A DNA stretch of 63,295 bases, the filler included, from Octopus bimaculoides (lineage: Eukaryota): assembly GCF_001194135.2 (NCBI RefSeq). It is 5 parts of 5 records of this genome, joined end to end, with 100 filler letters (N's around TTAATTAATTAA, not from the genome) between each part and the next. Parts side by side here need not be neighbours in the genome. Positions count along the whole stretch, not along the records: positions 19,189 to 41,473 come from NC_069002.1; positions 41,574 to 60,930 come from NC_068985.1; 3 more parts are not named here. One strand, given 5' to 3'. The translations under genes and the position numbers were made by a program. Positions 38,180-50,774 of this stretch are shown piece by piece; positions within the stretch are counted from its first letter, which is position 1, and each line of letters begins with the position of its first letter. The notes beneath the pieces were generated by a model that had not been told where the DNA came from, ran no database searches, and worked only from the letters and a program-made list of their open reading frames with translations.

Positions 38180-38520
38180 TGAGCTTATTTTACACAGTGC
38201 TCAACTGCACTACAACTTACTGCAAAAGGGTGGAAAAGGGGACAGAAAACAGCCATAGGATAAAGAAAGATAGCAGAAAAGGAGTTAGAAGTAATTCCAT
38301 TCACTGCACCCAGTGTAAGCTACGGACATATAAGAGGCATAATAGAATCACAGGTAGATTAACAGATAAAGTCGTCTTTGTATGTGACAGATGTGCAGGA
38401 ACAATAAGCACTAAGGACACACATGAGCTAGACTCTTTCAAATACCCAGGAGGCTCTCTTGAGGTCGTGGATAGTTTCTGTTACTTAGGTGACCAAATTA
38501 GCTCCCGTGTGTCTAACTTT
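38180..38520 (+). mobile_element. RTE-clade LINE ORF fragment with C4 finger
   Basis: GVRSNSIHCTQCKL...FVCDRC...LEVVDSFCYLGDQIS. Confidence 0.75.
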
Positions 38521-39740
38521 ACCTGCCACTTGGGCTCCCGAGCAAAAAAATAAACAGTTGCATATACAGCTCAAGAGTAATAATCAGAATTGGCTGCATC
38601 TTCTTTTTCTATGTGTCTTGTTCATTTCTGCTTAATCAGGAATCCAGCAGAGATGAGACTTAAGTTATTCCTGCTATAGTGGGAACATGGTATTGAAGGG
38701 TTAACAGAAAGAAGGGCAGTGGTATGGTAACAAAAGATATGGTACAAATATATGATAACAAAAGGGTTTTATAGTCATGTGCTACACATGTTGGTTTGTT
38801 AGTCTTTCATCCTTGCTCATAGTTAGGCAACTACCAACCAATCACATATTTTGAAATTAATATGGGTGAAGACTTATGACAATGTTAGAAATAAGGGCAC
38901 TTTTATGCAGTTGCTTAACCTGTCCTGCTAGAAATATCAGCCAAATCTCTCTCAAAATCAACATACCATCTTCAAAAAGATGAACAATATAGGATGGTTA
39001 GAGTTGGAATACTTCCTGTCATAAATAGGCCTGCTCAATCAAAGGCAACTGTGGGCTAAATAATAATAATAAAGAGAACATTAAATTGAGAAATTTGGTT
39101 TCTCTAATGCCAAAGAGAATCTCTTCTGGTATCTAGAATTGAAGATAAGTAGAAAAAGAGGGACTCTATAAATCTTTGCTCATATCATTAATATCAGTGC
39201 AAAGGTGTAAACTCGGTTAATGAAATTTGAATAAGTCACACATAAGACACAGAACAAACATTTTGATCCCCGTAGTACTTATTTACAATATGAAGGATAT
39301 TTAGTTTGTGAAACAGACAGAAAGTAAAACAGAGTGAGAGTGAAGATACCTTGAAAAATAAGGGAGAGTAGAGTAAGAATGAATATGACAATGGAGAAAG
39401 GTAGCAATGGAGAGAAAGTGAGAAAGAAAGAGAGAAAATGGAAGAGTGCAAAGGGGAAAAGCAGGAGTTAGTGATGGAAAGTTAATGTAAGGGAAAGAGG
39501 CAAAGGGGAGGATGAGAGGAAAGGAGAAAGAAGCAGAAGCTAGATGGAGAGAGATAAAGGAAGAACTAAACTTGAAAAACTACTGCTAGAGTACTAGGGC
39601 TAAAATTGTAGAAGAATTGTGTAGGTTAGTGTGTAGAGAGACAAAAATGTAGAGAGATGGAATGCTAAAATAGAAGAACAGTTCAAGAGTAACAATTGCA
39701 GGCAATGAATAGACTCTACTACTACTGCTTCTGTACTTAC

Positions 39741-39846
39741 CTACAGGCTGCATGGGAGCGTAAAACATTCCAGGGCTGACAACTTGTGGGATTACCATAG
39801 TTTGTTGGGGACAAATAAAGCTTCCCATTGTAAGGTTTTGGACAGG
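39741..39846 (-). CDS. TOLLIP: Toll-interacting protein, penultimate coding exon (PVQNLTMGSFICPQQTMVIPQVVSPGMFYAPMQPV)
   Basis: ttccattcacAG acceptor; GTaagt donor; 106 nt, phase 0 to 1, splices in frame onto the CUE exon; Pro/Val/Gln-rich linker as between the C2 and CUE domains. Confidence 0.8.
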
Positions 39847-40523
39847 CTGTGAATGGAAGAAGAAATTAGAAGAGATTTATCAATGGTGTTCACACATAGT
39901 CACTGTCTGTGTCAAGGAGGAGGAAGTGTATAATTCTTTATATTCTTTCATAGGAGTTGATGCTACTGCAGGGCAGCAGATACAACAACTCAGTGGAACA
40001 ACATATCAATTGAATTTATTCTACCATCTTTCATCATTTATATTTCGATCTAAACACACACATATACATACAAACATACATACAAACCTATATATATCTT
40101 CAGTGGATCACATATAAGTAACAGAAGCACATTCTAAAGGATAGAGCAGTAATGTATTTACATGCAATTAAATATATATCCAGTCATAGAGTGACCAATC
40201 ATCTCACATCCCCAAAGCGATTAGTTTTATAGACAATTTGCCAGACTCTAATGCAGTCTCTCTGGAGGCTTTTCCTATACTTTTCCAGGTTTATAATCTT
40301 AAGAATATTACTTTCCATGCTTGCATTTCTCCATGTAATCCATGATTTTTCCAGACATTGCTGTTATAAGATAATTAATAATGCATCAATTAATAATTTA
40401 GGATTTTACCTTATAAAATACTGGGTAGGGGGATACATTGGCTGCTATTTTTAGCATGTCAAACGACAAGGTAGAGGCTCTTTCATTGGTTTGATTGCGT
40501 GATGAGATTTTTTTACACATATA

Positions 40524-41007
40524 TCCATATATATATATATATATATAAAAGGCAAGATGTGTGTGTGTGTACGAGAATGTAATTTATGCACGTCCACAAA
40601 TTAGCACACATATTGCTCCAATTTTAGGAGGACATTTGTCATGAACCTACTTGCATTTTCATCAACTTTTTCTCTCAGAGGCACCCGCGTATAGCTGTAA
40701 AAANNNNNNNNNNTCCGCTTCTGACACAGAGAATCGGGAGCCCTTTTGAGCATTCTATTTTCCTTGTTGGAAGGGATCCCAACCCATGAGCAAAGAGGGG
40801 TTAGATGATGGCAGTAGTGTTTTCAAAGGGCTGGCATGTGTAACCTGATCACCTCTGCCGATCAAACTCCCAACCTATGCGCTCCTATCACGACACTGAT
40901 TCTGCTCAAATTTGATGTCGATGTTACTTAGTTTGGTTTGAAATAAAGAACTTGATTAGTTTAATAATCCCAACTTAATCCAGGGCAAAGCCGAGCTATA
41001 CTGCTAG
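40524..41007 (+). mobile_element. Probable non-autonomous Helitron
   Basis: A|TC start, then (AT)n-AAAAGGCAAG-(GT)n; end CAGGGCAAAGCCGAGCTATACTGCTAG|T with a weak subterminal hairpin and no TSD. Confidence 0.55.
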
Positions 41008-41473
41008 TGTATAATATGCAAATATATCATCAGCAGAAGCTAGAGAGTAAGTCAAAACATGAGAGTTTCGTGTATTGGCACTTATCAAACATGAATTTGT
41101 CCATTGTCACTCTGTAACTTGTGACGAAATAACTTCTAAAATACAAAATTTTGTCAAAAACGTTAAGAGTAAACCCTGTTGTATGTGACACATTGTACCA
41201 GTATCGGAAGTTTGAAAGTGTTTAGTTAAAAAAAATTAATTAAATAATCTGTACATCAAATTGAATAGATCCGAAATGGATAAAAAGCAAAGTCAACCTC
41301 AGCGGAATTTGAACTCAAAACATAAACACAGGCGAAATACCGCTAAGCATTTCACCCGGCACGCTAACGTTTCTGCCAGCTTGCTGCCTTAGAACATAAA
41401 CATTCATTTTAGCAATAAATTCTTTATTCTTATTGCTAAGCTTTACTCCCTTACACAAAATTTCATGGTATTT

Positions 41474-41573
41474 NNNNNNNNNNNNNNNNNNNNNNNNNNN
41501 NNNNNNNNNNNNNNNNNTTAATTAATTAANNNNNNNNNNNNNNNNNNNNNNNNNNNNNNNNNNNNNNNNNNNN
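41474..41573. other. Artificial scaffold linker
   Basis: Same 100-bp construct; 12-mer at 41518-41529. Confidence 0.95.
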
Positions 41574-41689
41574 TATATATATATATATATGTATATATAT
41601 AAGCAATGTTAATTCTCTAAATGAAGTATTAACAGTAACTGCACGATAAAGTGTAGTATATTGCCACTTAAGTGTGGCTGACCCCTAGG

Positions 41690-41825
41690 GGTGGATGTTA
41701 TATATACATATATACATATATACATGTATACATATATGTATACATACATTGTGTATATATATTTATGTATATAGTTATGTAAGTGTGTGTATATATATAT
41801 GTGTGTATATATATATATATATGTA

Positions 41826-41904
<79 letters not shown>

Positions 41905-41930
41905 ACATACACACACACATATGGGTATAT
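41690..41930. repeat. (AT)n/(AC)n compound microsatellite; similar tracts at 10740-10915, 16245-16450, 51513-51606 and 63116-63295
   Basis: Direct reading. Confidence 0.95.
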
Positions 41931-42244
41931 ATAAATTCACGCACACTGACTTATACTCAGCATTGTTATTAAGTCTTGCTTGAAGTCTGAATCTTCTGAA
42001 GTTTTCTCTACCCTGGTTTGTGTCACTCTGAACTAAAATTTGCTTTAATTTTGGTCATCATCAACCACAAACCTTGCTTAGTTTTAGCAGAAGAAAAGAG
42101 TTTAAAAAAAAAAATTAAAAGAGAAAAAAATCCATTTCAATTCAAGTATTTTCCTTCTCTGGCATGTCAGAATTGGAAGGGAAGAACTGTATGTAAGGTA
42201 TTTTATATTATTATATTGGCATATGGCTAGCAAATTTGTAATAG

Positions 42245-42580
42245 TGGATGCATGGTTGTCTGAATCTACACCAGTTCATGCTAGTAACTGCCACTTTATT
42301 TATCTTCCCCCTGGACTGGCTCTTGTGCGGGTGGCACATAAAATACACCATTTGAGCGTGGCCGTTGCCAGTACCGCCTGACTCGCCTTCGTGCTGGTGG
42401 CACGTAAAAGCACCCACTACACTCTCTGAGTGCTTGGGGTTAGGAAGGGCATCCAGCTGTAGAAACTCTGCCAAATTTAGATTGGAGCCTGGTGTTGCCA
42501 TCCGGTTTCACCAGTCCTCAGTCAAATCGTCCAACCCATGCTAGCATGGAAAACGGACGTTAAACGATGATGATGATGAT
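42245..42580 (+). mobile_element. SINE/short LINE derivative family C with RTE-type (GAT)n tail
   Basis: AAAGCACCCACTACACTC...GGAAGGGCATCCAGCTGTAGAAAC...CCAACCCATGCTAGCATGGAAA-CGGACGTTAAACGATGATGAT. Other copies: 3215-3640, 5360-5500(-), 32100-32280, 34786-34925(-), 47560-47665, 52030-52135, 60700-60930(-). Confidence 0.8.
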
Positions 42581-43249
42581 GATATATATATATATACCAG
42601 TACTAGCTGGAATACCAGTACTAGCTGGTATTCATTTACAACTGAGTAGGCTAAAGCAACATGAAATGATGCACCTTGCTCAAAGGCACAACATGCCAAC
42701 CAAGCCCACAATCTTATAACCTTGAGTCCAACACCCTAACAACAAGACCATTCACCTTCACTACAGGATAAATATAAATAAAATACTTGAACCTGACAGC
42801 AATGTTTGAGTTATTGATCCATTGAAAATCAATCGTTGTTTATGTCAACAATAAAATCAATGCAACTTTACTTAAACTGTATGAACTGCAGTTTGCTAAT
42901 AGGACACCTCTGTGAACAGCTGTCACTATCTTTTATTGCATTGATCCAAATTAAAACAATCAGCTTATTTTCCCTTTTTTTAAATCTTATTTTTAGCTTG
43001 GTTTATTTTTGTTCCCTTCCTTTTTATATATATATAGTCAAAGACAAAGAAAAATCTAAATAAGTTTACTTCTGTTTAATTACTGTCTCATTTTTCTTTG
43101 TAACACATGTAAATCTTTAGTAATATGATTATGTATGTATATATATATATATATACCATTTACTATATGCTGTTCAACTCATGCCAGCATGGACAACAGA
43201 CATTAAATGAAGATAAAGATTTTGAAAGTAGATTGGGCTGTTTTATAAA

Positions 43250-44100
43250 TACAGGGGTTGGACAAAATAATGGAAACACCTTAAAATTTCAAACAAATTT
43301 ATTTCAATATGAGTTAGGGCTGCCTTTGGCAGTAATTACAGCTTGAATTCTACGAGGTATGGTCTCATACAAAGTTTGAATTGTTTCCAAAGGAATTTTT
43401 GTCCATTCTTCAGCTAAAACAGTCTCCAATTCTTGTAGTGACAATGGTGGAGTATATCGACTCCTTACTTGTTTTTCTAAAATGCACCATAAATGTTCAA
43501 TAATATTGAGATCGGGGGACTGTGGTGGCCAGATAAGATGTTCAACTTCACTAGAATGTTTCTTGTGCCATTCAGTAACAACTTTAGCTGTGTGAATTGA
43601 TGCATTATCATCCTGAAAGATTGCGTTTCCCTCTAGAAACAGTTCCGCAACCACAGGATGAATTTGATCAGATAAAATAGTCTTGACTATTAATTCTGCC
43701 ATGAAGGGAAACCATTGGGCCAGCGGATTTCCAAGATATAGCCCCACTAGATCATCACAGATCCTCCTCTGTGTTTAATAGTTGGAAGAAGGCAATCTGG
43801 GTCAAATGCTTCTTTTGCTTGTCTCCACATGTATACTTGGCCGGTGGTCGGAAATAAAGTAAAGGATGACTTGTCCGAGAAAATAACATTCTTCCACTGC
43901 TCTAGGGACCAATTCTGTAGGTTTTTACTCCACTCTAAACGCTTTGCAATGTTTGTTTTTGAAAGTAGTGGTTTTCTGATTGCAGCCCACCCATGAAATC
44001 CAGCTTTGCGCAGTTCCTGGCGAACAGTTTTTGTGGAAACTGGGTTCTTGAGGTGATCATTAAGCTCTGCAGTAATTTGGGGAGCTGTACTTTTGCTCCA
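43250..44100 (-). mobile_element. Tc1-like transposon with D-x36-E spacing; 5'-truncated, one TIR
   Basis: VIFSDKSSF, FQDDNASIHT and WPPQSPDLNIIEHLW; TA|CAGGGGTTGGACAAAATAATGGAAACAC at 43250; frameshifts near 43745 and 43680. Confidence 0.9.
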
Positions 44101-45099
44101 GCATCTCTGCATTTTATCTGAACCTAGCTTTCATTGTGCCTGTGTTGATGGTGACAGCCTTGAAATCTTGCCCCTGATAGTAAGAGAACAGATTCTTGTA
44201 GTGGATGGATTGTTTGGAATCTGTTGCAAAAAAATATTACTGCGTAAATAATTTAATTTCATTGGTTGTTGTCATTACTGTTTAGCGCCTGCTCAACTTT
44301 GAGTGAGTAGAACTATGATCAAACAAAGATATTCCACCTATTTTGTTTTTTTGGTGATATCTAGGATTGCATTATCTTCAGTGACTTCTTTTTAAAAAAA
44401 AAAAAACAGTAGTATGTGATTTGAGGGAGATTTTACTATTGTTTCTATCATGTCAAGTAGCTATTAGAGGCTCCCTTATGTCATTGGTAAATATCATAAG
44501 TAAACAATAACAGAGTATTTCATGTGTTTTTCTAAATATCTAATCTCTTTGATGTTTAGTAAAAAATGTTTGTCTTCAAATTCAATCCCTTAATTTACTA
44601 AGCTCTCTATAGTTGTTTTGCTTTTGTGTTGTTTTACTGTATATGTGTAATTTTCTTTTTGTTTTTTGTTTATTTTCCTCTGTGCAGCTGGGTCATAATG
44701 TTACCGGATCTTGGTTTGCGGATCATTAGAGTAGTGGTGTTTACATTTGTTGTGTTCTGACCTGGTTTGTTAGTGTACTAACTCATCAGCCTTTACTCAT
44801 ACTCATTGGTTGGTACTGAAATTGATTGCTACTTCATTTGTCATTATTTTATTGAAATGCTGCTCTTTTAGATGATATTGAAGTTGACTGCTACTTCATT
44901 GATTGATATTGTACTGAAAACTAATATTGTATTGGAGGACCATTTCATTTGTTGATATTGAATTTGAATGCTGTTTTATTAGTTGATATTGAACAGGATG
45001 GTTAGTTTAGTGGTCAATGTTATACTGGAGTGTTGCTTCACTGGAAATATTGCACTTGAATTCTAGTTTTTTTGGTCTTCACCTGTACTGAAATCCTTG

Positions 45100-46170
45100 T
45101 TTATGGTTTCTAATCTGTACTAGCACTCTGGCCTATAGATTGTAATAGCACAACTAGACTGCAGAACACAGTAGTACCCTTTCAAAGGTTCAAAGGCCTT
45201 CTCTAGGTCAATGAAAACTAAGTACAGAGGTTTTCTCTAGTCTAAAAACTTTTGTAGTTGTATCACTATAAAAAGGGCATAAGACACTTCCCACCCTGGC
45301 AAAAGACCAAACTACATCTCATCTAAGCTAGTTCTCTCTTTGATCAGCTACGAAAAGCTTTCTGAAACTATCAGACACCATCAGAGAAAGAAGACTTTGT
45401 TTTGCTGGATACTGTTGGAGAAGTAAGGAGGAAATGATTAGCAACATCCTACTTTGGATACATCGAAATGGTTGCAACTGCCTTGGTTGTATATGTTGAT
45501 CAGTTAAGAGATGACACTGGATGTTATCAAGAGAAACTGTGACATGCAAGATAGAAGTAACTAGAGGATCAAGGTCATTTGAACCCAAGCAAGCTCAACC
45601 CATTGATGATGATGGTAGTGGTGGTGATGATTATTATTATGATGATGATGTTGATGACTCACTCTGGCTTTTTCATGACTTGCTCCATCCGTTTGATACT
45701 TTAAATTATCTTCTTTCCAAGTATTTACACACGATTTATATTTGTAGCAGTTGAAAATTACGCTGTTATCCCAGCCATTAGAGATAACACTTTCCTGTGC
45801 TACTTGATTAAGTAAAGTGGATGGCTAGCATGTGTTCTACTTTGCCAAATATTTTCAATATTTCAGTTACTACCCCTTAATAGTCCTTTTGAATGTATAT
45901 ATCAGTCAACTTCAGTAGCTGTTCCCTCTTCATTATGCATATGCTCATCCTAGCATCTCCATGCCTCTTTCTTCTCAGCATTAGTGAGAAGGATGTACTA
46001 ACACCATTTTGTGTGTACCTTTCACTGCTACCATTCTAATTCGCACTGACTTTCAACTGAATTAACTGAGGCTAACTCTACTTCTAGAATTCTGAGGTGA
46101 TTATTTATAAAACAGAAGTCATCTCCACTGAACCATAACATTGTGTGTAAATACTATGTAGGTAAGGTAA
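45100..46170 (-). mobile_element. Highly decayed RTE-clade LINE RT fragment
   Basis: KPLYLVFIDLEKAFE RT motif about 45190-45240; degraded upstream ORF. Confidence 0.6.
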
Positions 46171-46925
46171 AAGACAAATTTAAACAATACTTCAACTCTA
46201 GGCTTTCTTTCAGAAGTATAGAAAAGAATGATACAAAACTATCAAGTTATGTCTAGAGTTTGAAATAACATGCTATTGATTTCAGCAGGATGTAAAATTT
46301 CTTGAGGAATATAAACTATACTGAAATGGGGCAATGTGCTGTAGGTTATGCATTGATGAGAATAATCTCATACTCAAAAACATTAAATAGTTAAGTATTG
46401 ATCCTTATACATAAGAATGATGAACTATCTAAATATCAGATCAGAGACCTTTACTAAATGTTGCCATTTCAATAAGTACCTCCCAACATGCCGGAAGATC
46501 ATACTACCATCTAATTGAATACATTACTATGTAACTATTTATTACATATTCTATATTTTCCTCATCACTCTTGACCCACTAATAGACACTCATATCTCAT
46601 TACACTTTATGATAATTAACTTACATTTATAACTTCAAATTTCCCAACTGATTTTTGTTTACCATATTTGTTAATGCTTTCACTTTTTTTTATTTTCTTT
46701 GTTTAAAACTACCTGAGGGAAATAAATCCTTATAATACATTTAATTACTTATGCCTTTTGCAACTTCTAAAACTCATAATGCAATTCTGGAAACACTGAT
46801 ACATGTCATGGATATTTTAAGAACTAGTTGAATTTATTATCTGATTGTTTAAAATTACTGTGTATGTATTATCACTAACAGACTATATTATTTCATGTAT
46901 GTATACATACACACACATATACAAA

Positions 46926-46963
<38 letters not shown>

Positions 46964-46999
46964 CATAGGTATATGCTTTAATCTTTTTTATTTATTTAG

Positions 47000-47125
47000 A
47001 TATCTGATGGTGCTAATGCAATTACTATTGGAAATCTTGGATCAATCCAAAACAAACTGGCCATTGTTGGTGGCAATTGTTCAATACAAGGTTTTGACTT
47101 TGAAGGCAATGATGTCTTTTGGACT
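47000..47125 (+). CDS. BBS2: BBS2 exon (human exon 3 equivalent): [42 protein letters not shown]
   Basis: AG at 46998-46999; GTaagt at 47126; 126 nt; matches human VADGANAIVLGTLG...GGNCALQGF...FWT. Confidence 0.95.
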
Positions 47126-47401
47126 GTAAGTTACAGTTTGTTTGTATCTATAATATCTCTGCATTTTTTTTTTAGTTTCCTGCACCTGAGACAATCTGTA
47201 CTTGATCCTCATTGTTTATAATTGTAAATATTTATGTAAATGTTTTCCAAACCTATGTTTGGTGCAGGTGTTGCTGTATGGTTACAGAAGTTTGCTTCCC
47301 AGCTATGTAGTCTGAGGTTCAATCTTACTGAGTGCCACCTTCTCCAGTTGACCAAAGCCTTGTGAGTGGACTTGATAGATGAAAATAGGAAGAGGCTTGT
47401 A

Positions 47402-47446
<45 letters not shown>

Positions 47447-48639
47447 CCCTTGACCTGACATCGTGTGATGGTTGCAAACAAGCAACGTTATTTGGTTCTA
47501 GTCTTCTGCAAAAAACATGTCTGGCCATAGGGAAATATCACCTTACCTAGAAACAGGTAAAGGTTGGCAACAGGAAGGGCATCCAGCTGTAGAAAATCTG
47601 TCTCAACAAAATTTAGTCTGACCCATGCAGGCACAAAAAAGTAGATGTTAAACAATGATGATATCTGAGAGGCTTGTAAGCCCTATCCAATGCCTCCACC
47701 AGTATATGTGCATGTATTCCTCATATTATGCAGGCATTGCATTCCTGAAAATTTAAGCTGAACATGAAATTTTGCAACTCAAAAACTATTTTCCCTTTAC
47801 TTTCTATGTTATGGAACATGTAAGTCAATTGGAAAATAAGTTTCAATATATGTGTGTGTGTGTATACACACATACATCCACACAAATTTATGTATCATCA
47901 TCATCATCATTTTATGTCTGATTTCCATGCTGGTATGCATTGGACAGGTTATTGCTGCACTTCTAGATGGATCAAGAGACTACATATCACTTGTAAGTTT
48001 TATCTTTGGCTTGGTTTCTATGGTTGCATACTCTTAGTAACACCAGCCACTTTACGGTGTACTGGGTGCATTTTTCTATGGCACAAACACAAGAGAGTTA
48101 GTCATATTTTCAATAAGATTAAAGGGACCTCTCAACCCCCACATTTCACAGAATGCATTGGGTGCATTTTACTGTAGCACTAGAGAGATAAGAGCATGAT
48201 GGAGAGTGGAAGATAGCAAGAGGTGGGGAAATAGTGAAGAATAATGAAGGATGTCAATGCCAAACAGCCAATGGACAGAATTGGTAGAATGCATGGAGTG
48301 CATGCATATTTGCTGAGTAAGAAAATGAGGGTGGTAATGATGAAGATAGCAAATGGAGTATCGATGAGTGGATCAGATAGGTGCATTTGTGTTCTTAGTT
48401 ACACTAGAAGCATTGTACAATGAACTGAACTGAGAAAAGGAGGAAGAGGCATGAGAGATAAAAGCATGTACAATACAGGCATGGGTAACAATGACATAAG
48501 ACTAATGAGTGATAAAGGAGTGTGTGATAAGAGAGAGAGACCTGCAATAGAGGGGTTAAAAGGAATGAGAGGCCATCAAAAGGCAAAAAGGCCAATGATT
48601 TGGAGTTGATAGTGTTCACGCGTGTGTGTGTGTGTGTAA

Positions 48640-48960
48640 AAAGACCCTCTTCAATCATGAATGACCATGGGATTGCACCTAGAAAGTTCCCCTCCAAGGC
48701 ACAAGTTTGAGCATAATCGATTTTTATGGAAGACTAGCAGTCGCCCATGCATACCAACCACCTCTGTCCATGGAAAGGCAAAGGTCGATACAGCTTCGCA
48801 CCAGTGTTTTTGCAGCTCATTTCTACAGCTGAGTGAACTGGAGCAACGTGAAATAAAGCGTTTTGCTCAAGAACACAATACACAGCCCGGTCTGGGAATC
48901 AAACTCACAACCTCATGATTGTGAGCCCGATGCTCTAACCACGGAGCCATGCACCTATAT
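48640..48960 (-). mobile_element. SINE family D (tRNA-derived); second copy 57835-58135
   Basis: Both copies share ATGAATGACCATGGGATTGCACCT...AACTGGAGCAACGTGAAATAAAG...GGGAAT and align over about 300 bp; minus strand has a tRNA-like head. Confidence 0.8.
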
Positions 48961-49177
48961 ACATACATATATATGGACATACCTATGTATGTTATTTTTA
49001 ATGATAGAACTCAAATTACAAAATGCTTACTGGCATTTCATCCATCTTTAGATCTTGAGTTCAAATTCTGCCAAGGTTGTCTTCACCTTTTATCCTTTGA
49101 GGGTCGATAAAATAAGTACCAAATTTACCAAATTACTATTTGTAAATCTCACAATGAGAGATATTCAGTAACAGTAC

Positions 49178-49396
49178 TTTGGAGTAAAGATTGTTTGCCA
49201 ACATAACATAGCAGTCCTGGTTTAGGACGAATGTTGCTGTAATTTGGCCCCAAGAAACATCACTTCCAGCTGGCTATACGATACGATCTGTGTCGTATAA
49301 CCAGCTGGAGATGATGTTTCCTGGGGCTAAATTACCACAACATTCGTCCTAAACCAGTACTGCCATGTTATGTTGGCAAGCAATCTTTACTTCAAA
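49178..49396. repeat. About 220-bp fold-back (arms about 100 bp) in a BBS2 intron
   Basis: GAGTAAAGATTGTTTGCCAACATAACAT...GGCTATACGA, short loop, TCGTATAACC...ATGTTATGTTGGCAAGCAATCTTTACTT. Confidence 0.9.
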
Positions 49397-49889
49397 ATAA
49401 GTACCAGTTGAGCACTGGAGTTGAAGTAATTGACTGAACTCCTCTTCCAAATTTCAGGCCTGTGCCTAGAACAGAAAGAATTAAGGCATCAGACAGGTAG
49501 AACCGTTAGCATGCTGGACAAAATCCTTAGTGGCATTTCAAGTGTCTACGTTTTGAGTTCAAATTCCATTAAGGTTGCCTTGGCATTTCATCCTTTCAGT
49601 CTATAAAATAAGTATCGGGCAAATACTGGGGTTGATGTAATCAACTTACCACTCCCCCAAAATTGCTGGCCTTGTACTAAAATTTGAAACAGTTATTATC
49701 ATTATTGAAGACAGTAACGTGAGCTTCCTGAGAGATTTGCCTGCTGATTCTAGCAGGTTGAATTACCCTATAGAAACTACTTATTCACTTAGACTCCCTT
49801 GACCCTCATCAAGTTAAGGATTGTCAGAGTAACGTCCCTTGCAAGTACAACTTTTATACTCTTTCCACATTGATGTTTAATTGTTTCAG

Positions 49890-49952
49890 GTCACTGGAGA
49901 TAATGTGTGTTCACTGGCATTGGTGGATTTCAATAAAGATAACCTGAAAGAG
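49890..49952 (+). CDS. BBS2: BBS2 exon (exon 4 equivalent): VTGDNVCSLALVDFNKDNLKE
   Basis: tttcAG / GTaagg; 63 nt, in frame; VTGDNV motif. Confidence 0.95.
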
Positions 49953-49999
49953 GTAAGGAAATAAGAAGAGTATTTTTTTTTTCATTTTCATTTTCATTC

Positions 50000-50385
50000 T
50001 ATCTTTTACTCGGCCATGCTGGGGCACCACCTTGAAGAATTTGAGTCAGGCAGATCAACCCCAGTACTTATTTTTTTAAAGCTTGGCATTTATTCTATTA
50101 GTCTTTTCACCAAACCACTAAGCTATGAGGATGTAAACACACCAACACCTTTTGTTGAGCAGTGGTGGGGGACAAACACAGACACAACGACACACACACT
50201 CAGATATATAGATATGTATATAACGGGCTCCTTTCAGTTTCCATCTATCAAATCCACTCATATGGCTTTGGTCAGTCCAAGGCTATAGTATAAGACACTT
50301 TCCCAAGGTGCCGCATAGTGGAACTGAACCCAAAACCATGTGGTTGGGAGGCAAACTTCTTACCACACAACCATGCCTGTGCCTC
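50000..50385 (-). mobile_element. SINE family B (tRNA head, internal CA/TA microsatellite), representative copy
   Basis: Minus strand ...GTTGTGTGGTAAGAAG...TTGGGTTCAGTTCCACT...CACCTTGGG head. Related pieces: 7680-7910, 16070-16700, 18740-18900, 25440-25660, 27320-27680, 33765-33990, 35120-35275, 36235-36500, 47262-47520, 62920-63115. Confidence 0.8.
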
Positions 50386-50774
50386 TGTGTGTGTGTGTGT
50401 GTGTGTTTGTAAGGTTATGAATGAGAACAGCTGCATAAAGAAGTCTAATTGTTAGATATGGACAGAATCCGAGGAAGAGAGAGAGATTCAGGAAGACACA
50501 GGATAAAGTAGTGTAAACTGACGTCAAGATGTTGAGCCTCACAGAGGAGATGACAAAGGACTGAGATGATTGGATATATGCTGTGCTTGACAAAACTCAT
50601 CCATCTCAGGGAGAATGAGATTTTGTCAAGTCTTTCCCCACAACTCGTATCAAATCAGCAAAAATATTTGCTGGTTTTAGAAATTGTTAAAGCTAAACTA
50701 CGTTCTTGGGATAATTCCAAACATGAGATTCTTGTGAACTGTCATCATTAAAATTCCTTTCTTTTCTCTAAATG

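Noticed and set aside
40408-40510. Minus-strand open frame ending FYK|GT as a missing TOLLIP or BBS2 exon
   Set aside because: No similarity to the C2 domain, and wrong strand for BBS2.
41609-41972. ORFs of YIYIYI/HTHTHT/CVCV type (also 10715-10970, 16198-16594, 62993-63294)
   Set aside because: Translations of dinucleotide and tetranucleotide microsatellites.
42597-42630. 18-bp tandem duplication forming a small hairpin; also a 29-bp duplication at about 53753-53812
   Set aside because: Ordinary local slippage duplications.
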